From IMG/VR virus record IMGVR_UViG_3300033070_001123: 64,000 bases of DNA, one strand, 5' to 3'. This stretch comes from a virus. Lineage: Duplodnaviria; Heunggongvirae; Uroviricota; Caudoviricetes. The position numbers and the translations under genes are program-made. Shown here one piece after another: positions 1 to 10,400 of this stretch (within the stretch, counting starts at the first letter, position 1; each line of letters starts with the position of its first letter). The notes beneath the pieces were generated by a model. That model made no database searches and was not told the DNA's origin. It saw only the letters and a list, made by a program, of their open reading frames with translations.

Positions 1-1
1 C

Positions 2-766
2 AACATGAGGCCTTGGAATGTCATTCAAAAACTTCACAGGAAGACCTCGGCATTGATTTGCGATCATCTCCCTCAATCTATTGCCGGGCTGGAAAGCAAG
101 CGTTGAAGATATAAAGACGAATGTAAAGTCCTTACGTTTTCTACTCAACCTGGCTATGATTGGCGTCAAAAACTCTTGACCCTTCCCAGGGAAGAAGTTA
201 GAAACACAGAGCAGCATCTTTTCTGTGTTTATGCCGTAATGCAATTTGAAATCAAAATCAGACTTAACAAACTCGCTCATATCAACCGAATTGTGAATTA
301 TTCTAACAGGGATACCCCAGTCTTTACAAGTCTTAACGTCAATATAAGACTCGGCATGAGCTAGAACCTTGAATTGTTGATGATTTCGCCTAAAAAGCTC
401 AGCAATGGCCTTATTTTGAGGTATTTCGGACCTCATTCTATTCATGCCAACAAGAGCAATGCTTTTATCAGAATTGATTTTCTCAAGATTCTTCAGCATG
501 GCTGGCCACATAAAGAACCAGTCGCTGTAAACCATAATATGATCAGCACCTTCAGAAACAAGAAGTTCTATGAACTGTTGCTCATTCAAAAAGCCAACAG
601 GAACAACTTTTACTCCGTTATGATATACAGAATGAGTGCCATGCTGACAGAAAACCGTACATAAGTTGCCTTTAGAAACGATATGTTCAGTTATTTGCTG
701 AACTATTCGCTCGGCTCCACCCGTATGAAAAGGTTGGGCAAAATTTGTGCAAACAATAAGCTTCAT
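2..766 (-). CDS. GT4 (GT-B) glycosyltransferase, 3' end outside window; absent from ORF track
   Basis: Manual translation from ATG at 766 (1 bp after the GT2 stop) is open to the edge: MKLIVCTNFAQPFHTGGAERIVQQI...IIHNSVD...LLCVSNFFPGKGQE, typical GT4 motifs. Confidence 0.85.
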   Translation of the reverse strand, partial: MKLIVCTNFAQPFHTGGAERIVQQITEHIVSKGNLCTVFCQHGTHSVYHNGVKVVPVGFLNEQQFIELLVSEGADHIMVYSDWFFMWPAMLKNLEKINSDKSIALVGMNRMRSEIPQNKAIAELFRRNHQQFKVLAHAESYIDVKTCKDWGIPVRIIHNSVDMSEFVKSDFDFKLHYGINTEKMLLCVSNFFPGKGQEFLTPIIARLSRKRKDFTFVFISSTLAFQPGNRLREMIANQCRGLPVKFLNDIPRPHV

Positions 767-767
767 A

Positions 768-1478
768 TTATCTCATTGGCAAAAACGCCTTACCAGACCA
801 TTTCTTCTTAAACTTATCGTAACTCTGCGTGAAAAACTTCATCCTATCCTTATCTTTACCTAGGGTCTGATGCGGTAAATGATCTATCTTCGCTAGACTA
901 TTCCAGCCTATTTTGAAACCAGCCTCTCTTGCTCTAAAGTTGAAATCAGGATCTTCAAAATAAGCGGGATTGAACTGCTCGTCAAAAAGCCCTAGCTTAT
1001 CAACGACCTCTTTCTTTACCATCATTCCGCCGCAACCGACATAGGTATATGGATCGCCTTTCTTCTTGCAGTTATGTCTTGGCATGAAACTCGAATCCAT
1101 AAGCCAAGCATCCGCTCCAACTAAATCATAACTACCGCTTTCCATAAACTCATGATACTGTTCAAGCCATCCCGCTCGAACAAACTGATCATTATCAAGA
1201 AAGCACAAAAGTTCTGTTGGGTCAGATTGATAAAGAGCATAACCCATGTTACGCCCGCCAATAACCCCAAGATTTCTGTCGTTGATAACGAGAGTATGGT
1301 TCTCGAACATTGAAAGAGCGTCTGTTAAATACTCTTTCGTTCCGTCCGTAGAACCATTGTCAATCATAATGAGATTGAAGGCCAAAGGTTCCGTGTATTT
1401 GAAAAGTAGCTCTATAAACTTCTCCGTTACAGCTTTACCGTTATAGGAGAGAACTACTATAGTTGTTTGCTTCGTCAT
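768..1478 (-). CDS. GT2 (GT-A) glycosyltransferase, 236 aa
   Basis: IVVLSYN, IDNGSTDGT, FLDND (DxD), GLFDEQF, YFEDPD motifs. Confidence 0.92.
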   Translation of the reverse strand: MTKQTTIVVLSYNGKAVTEKFIELLFKYTEPLAFNLIMIDNGSTDGTKEYLTDALSMFENHTLVINDRNLGVIGGRNMGYALYQSDPTELLCFLDNDQFVRAGWLEQYHEFMESGSYDLVGADAWLMDSSFMPRHNCKKKGDPYTYVGCGGMMVKKEVVDKLGLFDEQFNPAYFEDPDFNFRAREAGFKIGWNSLAKIDHLPHQTLGKDKDRMKFFTQSYDKFKKKWSGKAFLPMR

Positions 1479-1490
1479 TTTACATTCGGT

Positions 1491-4400
1491 TTACACTATT
1501 TCAACGGTATTCGACTGGGTTGCCGTACCTACACTAATGCCGTCAAACGGAATTACTTCGGCTTTCCATCTCTGTCCAGAAGCGGTATTCACAGCCGGAA
1601 CAATTCGGACATTCTGTAGAGATGGAACCTCTTCAAAGGTTGAAGAGCCGCTCAAGGCCCTAAACCATCTAATCGAACTCTGGTCGTTCTGAGTGCTTCC
1701 CTGCTGCTGAGATTCAGCGTCAACATAGGTATATGTCAACTGTAAAGCAGACGCAGAAGAAGCCGTTGGGCTAGGCGATACGGTTACGTTTCTAACAGTA
1801 GGAGGATCATTCTCTACGGAAACAGCAGCGCTTGTTACGGGATTTCCAATGATATTCTGAGAAGCAGGGAGTATTGTAACTTCTAAAACATTACCAATGG
1901 CAATGCCAACAATATTGTTCTTGACTTCGCCAGGTATAATTTCGTTATTGGATATTCCGCCAACCGTAACACCAAGGTCTCCCCTCTTGAATTCGATTCC
2001 ATTGACATACCAAATAATCTGAGAGCTAGTATTGCTGTCGCCATCTTGGAAGTAAGCGAAATCAGCAAACGCTCTTGTCGTTGTTATTACTGTATCTTGT
2101 ACTGTTCCGTCATTCTTCTTGCCCTTAATTGTTATGGCTGTTATGAATGGAGGAGCCTCTATTGCAGTAACAGAAGGAGAGCGAACAATGTCGCTAAACA
2201 AAATTCCATCACTAGCTTTAATTGTTGCATAAACAACATCGCCAACTCTCAATATGCTTTCTCCCTTTTCTCTTGCATATTGCTCATAGCTTGTTCCTGC
2301 GGGAACATTTTCAGGTCTAAACGACAAAGCGTAAACCCATATTGGGTCATTAATGTCATTGATGTTATTCCAGGTTCTTAGATTACGCAAGTATTCTATT
2401 TCAACTCCATTGATATACCAGCGTATAACGGTTTGATCTGTATCCTCGCTTCTCTGATTGATGTCAAAATACTTGTAAGACAAACTAATTGTCTGATAAA
2501 TCGTCAATGTACTTGGGACAACTCTAAAGTCAGTAATAGTCGGCGGTCTCTGCGACAATGGAGGCGGCAAGAAAACATTAGTGTTGTACATATACGCAAC
2601 ACCATCTATTTCAACAGGATTGTAAGAATCCATATTGAGGATTCTAACTCCAAGTCTTAGATTTCCTGCGTTCTCTATCGAAACAGAGAATGGTCCAAGC
2701 TGCTTAGAAGAGAATACGACAAGTCCCTCTTTAGGATAAAGCTCATATCCATCAGAGGCAACAGTCTCTCCGTCCTTATCAAGAATGGTTACTCTTGAAG
2801 TAACGTCCCACTTGCCATATCTAGCCTTCCACATAAAACCATTAACATTGTCAAGAGGCTCATTAAGGGTTGCGTCCTGCTCTTGATTGTAACGAATAGG
2901 TATGAATATCTTTCCGTACCTATCCGAGGCAGGTTGAGCGCCGCTATAGTAGTCAGACCAGTTATAAGACGAACTTGTTGTTGCGCCAACCTGTATGGTA
3001 CTAAGATCTGGTTTATTTGCAGACACCGCAACAGCTATTTGCTGAGGGCTAAAATCGGTTGTCTCTGGCTTCAAGTATATAAAGCTTTCAGTTGGTACAC
3101 TATACTTAATGTTGATAGCAGTTAGAGCAGGAACGCCAGGCGTTGGGATAAGATCATACTCGTTCTCTATATAAGAACTCAATCCGCTCAAAAGTGTAAC
3201 CTTGAACTTGATATATCTAGCATTGACATTTACAAGCGATATTTCCGTATTAGGATTGAACGAGTCGCTATAATCTGAATAGTTGAAGCCGTCTTCACTT
3301 GTTGCCATCCTCCAGCTACCATCTGTATTTGGGTATAGCTCGTAATCAAGAGATACAGTATTAATGATGCTGTTCTTACTCAAATCAATAACGCACTCAT
3401 ACAGTCCCCAACCAATTGAGCCTTCTACTCGACCCAACGAGTTATTCAATATCTCGTCGATATAGGCTGCGTCCAAAATAGTCTGGCTTTGACCGCCGGT
3501 TTGATTAGCAATGGTATCCAAAGAATCCGTATCTGTTCTACTTACCAAAGCTGACAAAGTAACAGGAAAGACAACAGAGAAGTTGTTGATTACAACAGGA
3601 ACTTTGCCAAAACCATCAATCGCTTGTACATCTTGTATTGCAGTATCAAGCGTGTTAATTGAAAGATTCTCTTCATTGTCCGTATTGACATAGATAACCT
3701 TGGCATATCGATCAAAGTCTTCATCAAGCATAATCGCCGCGTTCTTAACAAGAGCGTCGTAGAGAGGTGAAGCTCCAAAAGGAATCTCATTCCTAAGTCT
3801 TGTCAAACCTTTTGCCATATCCTCAAACTCTCCGTTCTCAACATGAACGATAATTTGAGGTATCCATTCGATATCGCTAAAGTAGCTTACCTCAGGGCTT
3901 TCTAGCTGAGGAGTTTGCGGAGGATTAAGATCGAAAACAGGATTATCGCTTTCCTTTAGAGATTGGTCAATGGTTTGATTATTTTCGGAATCTCTTCCTG
4001 GATCATAATCGTTTTGATTGGAGCTTTGTTCAACAGCTTGGCTTCCTTCAACGCTTCGGCATCCTTCAAACTCTGTAATGTCTCCGTTATTAGGAGATCC
4101 TGAGGAGCCTCCCGAACCGCCAGTGTCTGAGCCTGGCGTGTCTGAGCCTGACGAACCATCTGTTGTATTATTCGTTGTTGTGGAGTCTTCATTGTCTTTG
4201 ATATCTATTACTGTTTGACCATAATAAAATTCATCAAGAACTGTTATACGAACCTTGATCGTATAAGGATTTCTAACTTCACCTTCTTTGATAACAAGAG
4301 TGTTGTTACCTTCGTCGCCACCTTCACCGGCAACAGAATCTTGTATACCAAGCTTTTCTTTAATCTCAGATATCTTCTTCAAAATGTCATCGGCTCTTGG

Positions 4401-7400
4401 AAGCATAACAGTAGAAGCTACACCATCATAGATATAGAAATCATTTGAACTAAAGACAACAGGATAAACAAGAGCGTCTCTAAGCGCTTGATTATCAGAT
4501 TGTTGCTGAGATTGATCTCCGCCAGCAGTTTGATCGTTTCCTGCTTGAGAATTCGGGAACAAAAGTATACCCTGAACCAAAACTCTAACTTCTTTGGTAG
4601 GATGCTCTCCTACATCATTAAGCAATTCAATAGAAACAGTTGCAGACTGCTTACCGTCAAGACGGATAGAAGAAGGACTTACTCTTGCTTTGATTTGCAA
4701 AAATCCGGCTGGACGGCCACTTGTAAGTCCTCCGCAAGAATAGACATATCTCCAGTTATCGCTAGAGCAACCAAACGCGGTTTTAGCCGTAGGCATTCTT
4801 TCGCCTTCAGCATATGAGTAAACAGGAGAGCCTTCCGTAATAATATCAAGAAGATTGAGAATTTGAGACTTATCGCTTGTTCCACCCAAGAAATAATGCT
4901 GGTCCAAGATACTAACGCAAGCGCCTCTATACCTAGGAGAAGGAATCTGTCTATAAACATAGTCGTCAAGAGTAATTTCAAGCGTATCCAAATCTATTTC
5001 AAATGCGTCAGTAACAAACTGCAAAGGTTGCTCGCCTGTTTCCTCATTTCTTTCGCCTGGAATAGCTCCACCAACAACGTGAATCTTTGTTTGATTTGCT
5101 TCTGTGAATGCAAATGGAGAAACTCTATTGTAAAGAGCCAAATCTTCATCAACAAACTGATCACTCCAACTCCATGTTAGAGTTTCGAAATCAAACACAA
5201 GAATTCTATCATTAACAGCGTCAATGCTGCCTCTTGTTCCTATCTTTCTTATACCACCAATAATGTATGCTTTGCCATTTGAAACAACGCAAGCGCCCAA
5301 AGCAACTCCGTATGTATTCTGGTCAAACACAGGCATTGGAGCAAGCTCTTCCCAAGTATCATTAACAATATCATATCTTTCAACTGAACTAGAAATTACA
5401 AGCTCTGTTCCATTGGCTGTTATGCCGCCAAAGACATACACATAGCCATAGTCTTGAGCAGCCATATGATAAAATCTTGGCGTATTCATTGACTTTTTGA
5501 CATACCATTTGTCTTCGCCAATATCATACATCTCATTATAAGATAGAATAGACTTACCATTGAGACCGCCAATAGCAAACAGTCTTTCGCCATAGGCATC
5601 AAAATCCCAACTCGTTGTCAAGCAACCTCTTGGATAGTTCATGGACGCCTTTACTGTCCATTCATTAGAATAGGTATCATAAACGTCAAGAGCAGCGCTA
5701 AAGACGTTGCTAATCTCGCCTTCTGGTCTATCCTCAGGGCCTTCTTCTTTAGGTTGAGAAGGATCGTATTTGATAGTAACGCAACAAGTCATGCTGCGCT
5801 CAACATCGCCTCTCTTGTCATAGTTTGTTTCCGCTTGAACTTGAGCTTCAAACGCCGACTCAGGCCCAAAAGGAGCAACAAAGAATGAGGCAAAGCTTCT
5901 AACATTACCATCTGGATTCAATATTGAATCATTAAGCTTCTCTGTAAATACAGTATCATTCTGTAGTATAATCTTTTCTGGATTTTTGCCGCCAATAGTC
6001 AAAAAGACAGGAGTTCCATTAGGAACAGGACGGCCCTTAAATGTTACTTCAAGAACAAACTCATGAACAGCAACTCCGTCGCAAAGAAGTTTCTCGACAG
6101 ACTGACCGCTTCTTCTAATATCAACAATAGATATATCAAGAGGTTCTTTCAAATCAATAGTCGTTGGAGGAATACCTGTCTTGAGATCTCCTCCACCGCG
6201 AAGATACCTTGTCTCTCCATTGAAGTTTACGGTTGTTCTGCCGTCAATAACAGACAGTCCCTTCTTCTTGGCTAAGCCCGGAGGAGCTTCTATACAATCG
6301 CAAGAGTTCGAAGATTGTCCAGAATCAACATTGTCGTCTCCTGAACCAGAATCCGGCTGAGGTCTTCCTATGAACTTGTTTATTCTCAAATAGAAAGTTG
6401 TTGTTCCGCCAGTTTGCGCAAGAGGAATTTGAGCAAAACCTTCGGACTGATTCGCTTCATTAACAACATACTCTTCTATGTCCTCGTCATAAACAATTTC
6501 TAAGTTATCACCATATAATATTTCAAAGCTATCACCAGATTCTATTTCAACTATCTGTCCGTTATCGAGAACAAAAATTGGTCTATTTGCATTCTCTGCG
6601 CATTGTCTGAAGCAATCAGCAGTAGAGCCTCCAGTTACATTTGGGTCATGATAAACAGTGCAACGAACAAGGCTATAACCGTCAGCGTAAAGCGTGTTTA
6701 CATACTGAGGCATGTCCATAAGGAATCTTGAACCAAAACCTCTTCCTCCAAAATTGGCAGGATATATAATGGCTGGTCTTTCTTCAAAGGCACTAAGACC
6801 ATCATAAACAACCGAAGCTTTAATAGCATAAAGTTCAGGCAAATAAATGACGTTACCTGGACATGGTATATAAAGTTCCCATGTAACTCCGCAGGCGGGT
6901 CCGAAGAAGATTCTTCTTGCCATGCCACCTCTTGTGTAAGAGAAAACACCCGGTCCCGCTGGTACATTGTCTGTTGAATAGAATGGCCTATCCTTGGCGT
7001 TTCTTCCCTTTCTTAGATTCCAACGAACGACCTGCTGATCTGTAACAGGAATCTTTCTTGGCCTATCAACATTTGGACTATCTGGATCAATGAGATAGAT
7101 ATTCGCCATCTGCTCAGAAACATCAATACAATTTGATTCTGGCGGCTCAATTGTTGTTTCAACTCTTAAGATATTATCAAAAACTATGTATAACTTCTTA
7201 CGAGCATAATAACCATTGAAACCAACCTTTGTAAACAGCATCACTGCTTGAGGTGTTCTTGGAGCGCGAAGAGGAATGTCTGTATATGTAACTTGTCTTG
7301 TTGTTCCGTCGCTCAATCTTTGCAATCCAACTCTAAGAGGAATTGAAGTTGCAGGAGGTTGAACTGAACGACTTCTTCTAGTTGAGAATGTCGGAACAAA

Positions 7401-10400
7401 TGGCCTTCTTTTACCTGGTTCACCTGTTTGAGAACAAGGGTTTCCGCCAGATGGCTCTTCGTCACATTGAGGGTCAGAAGCTTCAAAAACAGCAACATTA
7501 CAGTTTCCGCCGTCAGGCAAAGCCTGTCCTCTATAAGTAACAACAACCCTAGCCATAAAAGGCCTTGAACGACGAACCCAACAACCGTCAAACTCTGCAA
7601 ACTTATCAGGATCAAAAAGAAGACCACCAGAAGATATGAATTCCTGATCGTCAAGAGGAACAGTCTGCTTGCATAGTATCTTTACTATGTCAGCGCTACC
7701 TGAAGACTGATTATCTGGTAATGGATCGTTTGTTGAACCCCCAGCAGACCTTCTCCTCTTTGACTTCTTTCTAGTTCCAGAGCTTGTTATAGTTCCAAAG
7801 TTTGCAGCGTTATCGCCTATATTGACAAGTTCCATTGCAAATGGATTTCTCATCTCTATGGTTACAGGTAATGATTCAAACTGGAAAACATTCTCAGAAG
7901 GATTGTCTCTATTAGGAATCTCATATGAAACAGTTATTTGAGCAGAAAGAGAGTTTATAGCAGAAAGAGTATCAAGATCAGGCGTCATTCTAAATACGCC
8001 TCTTATAAAGCCGCTTCCAACAACTGTAGAAGAAAGTATATAACAATCATCTGCTTCTGGAGTTAGAGTAGTTGTGTTGATAACTTCGCCAAATACATCT
8101 TCTGCAAGTTGAGCAGAACCAACGCTAGCTTTAGCAGAGAACTTAATCCTACTTGCGTCAGAAATAGGAGCGCCATATTCGTCTGTTATCTCAGCATACA
8201 AAGCAACTCGTTGGTCAAACCAAGCTTCAATCTCTTTCTGGAACTTAACAGGAGCGTCCCACCCAAGACTTATTGCATTTTCATTAACAACTTCATATCT
8301 AAACTGTTTAACCTCAAGCAACGGTATACCATCTTCGTCTGCATCATCAAGAGGAATTGCTGAAACATAAACAGGAGCAGACAGATTGCCGTATCTATCC
8401 GCTGCAACTACTGCATAGTAGTTTACAATCTCATTTTCAAGGTTCCTGTCAACAAACTCAACCTGACTTGGACTTCCGCTAAATACCAACAAAGCAGAAA
8501 AACTAACGCCTTCGTCATTGTTTATGATTGGTGGGCCTGTATCAGACCAATAAACAAAAATCTGCTCAACAGTATCATTATTGATTGCGTTCCATGTCAA
8601 ATACGTTTTATGATTACCCGCTCTAATCTGAACGTTTTCAACAGGCTCAATAAGAGGCGTTGTTATAGCCTTATTTCTATCGTCTCTACTTTTGAAAGCA
8701 GGAATCTTAATAGACAAAATCGGAGAATCAGAATCTAAGCTAAAGTTTCCTATAGCATTTTGCGAATAAATACGGAAGTTGTAAATTCTGTCATGAACAT
8801 AATCAAAAGGAAGCGTTACAACAAAGTCACCTGGTCCTGCGTTTGCTTCATAAACCAAATCACCATCTTCTTCATTTGAGGGATTTTCACCAAAGCCTTC
8901 AAAAACAAGAACAGGTTCGGCAGGAACGCCATTATTGTTTACAGGCGTTTGATAAGAAAACACGCCTGTACCAACTTCTGCTTTTCTTATGATACGAACC
9001 TTACCGCCTTCAAAGTTATAGTCGTCAGGAACAGAGTATCTAACAGCAACAATTCTATCTCCATTATCCAATACTTTTTCAGAAACTCTTTCATAACGAA
9101 CTGCGGCAGACGCAATATAGTTTGCAGATCGAATAGTATCATGAACGCTTATCTCAGTAAGCTTACCAAAGAAATGAGAAGCCTTTCCGCCAAGGTATAT
9201 ATGCATTGGCTCTTGACTGTAGTAACCCAAAGCTGTCAAAGAACCGCTACCAGCTTCAACGCCATTAACATAGAACGTAGCCGTAAGAGCCAAGAAATCA
9301 ACAGTAACAGCAACATGACTCCAAGCATTAGCTGTCAAAGCAATACTAGAAGAAGCAAACGTCAAATCGTCAAAGGTGAAAAACAACGTTCCGTCCGTAT
9401 TTGTTCCAAACCTAAATGACATCTTATCTAAAGAAATGGTCTCTCTAGATATAATACTTCTCTTGGCTGCAAAATTAAACGGGTAAGCCCAAGCCATGAA
9501 AGTGTATTTTGTCTTAATAAACTTACCGTCTTCGTCGTATCCTAAAAGCTTAGTATCAGTTCCGTCAAACCTAATGCCGCTAATGCCACTTGGAACATCG
9601 TTATTATTGAGCCAAACTACATCTTCGTTTGAAGACAAAAGCACAGGGCTATCGCTAAAATCATATGCGAATGTTCCTGTTGACTCATTAAGATGCCAAA
9701 GTCCAATAGTATTAGAATCTCTCTTAACACCTGAACCCGCAATCGTCCTATAAGTAAAACCGCCAACTCCATGAGGATAAATCTTGACTCTAGGAGAAGC
9801 CTTCAAAAATCTACCGCTACTAAAGATTCCGTTTGAATCAAAAGTATATGCGGCGTAGTAATATTGTTCATTCTCTTCAAGCTCGTCGTCAAATGCTCTT
9901 TCAACAAAACCTTCTGTAACTATATCTCCGTCAAGAGGGCCTGTAGGATAAGCTCCAAGCTTTCTAATAATTCGAACACCAGCATATCCGCTTTCTTGAT
10001 CGGCGAAGAAAGCAGAAGCAACGTCTGCTGTATTGTTTGTATTTACCTGATCTGTCTCTACAACCGCAAAGAAATTCAGCTTGATAGGAGTAGACCCAAG
10101 GCTTAGAAGATTATACTTCACTTCGCCGGGATAAGTCGCTTCGAGCCTATCAATCATTCGTCTTGTTATTTCGTGCCTTAGCCCGCTACTATCGTTCCAG
10201 CTAAGAGAACCGCTTTGGTCCATAACAACAGAAACCAATCTATCAGGAAGATTCAAGGCAACCTTATTCGTAGTTGAATCAATATCAACTATTTTGGTTT
10301 GCAAAAATACAGGCTCTAAGTCGTCTATATCAAACTTCTGAACAACCTTTGTCGCAATAGCCGACGCCGGAACAATCAGCTTACAAGCATTCTCATTTAT

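Noticed and set aside
3780-10100. Intein as the explanation for the split VWA domain
   Set aside because: No recognisable splice-junction (C/S...HN-C/S/T) or LAGLIDADG motifs; the insert consists of adhesin domains
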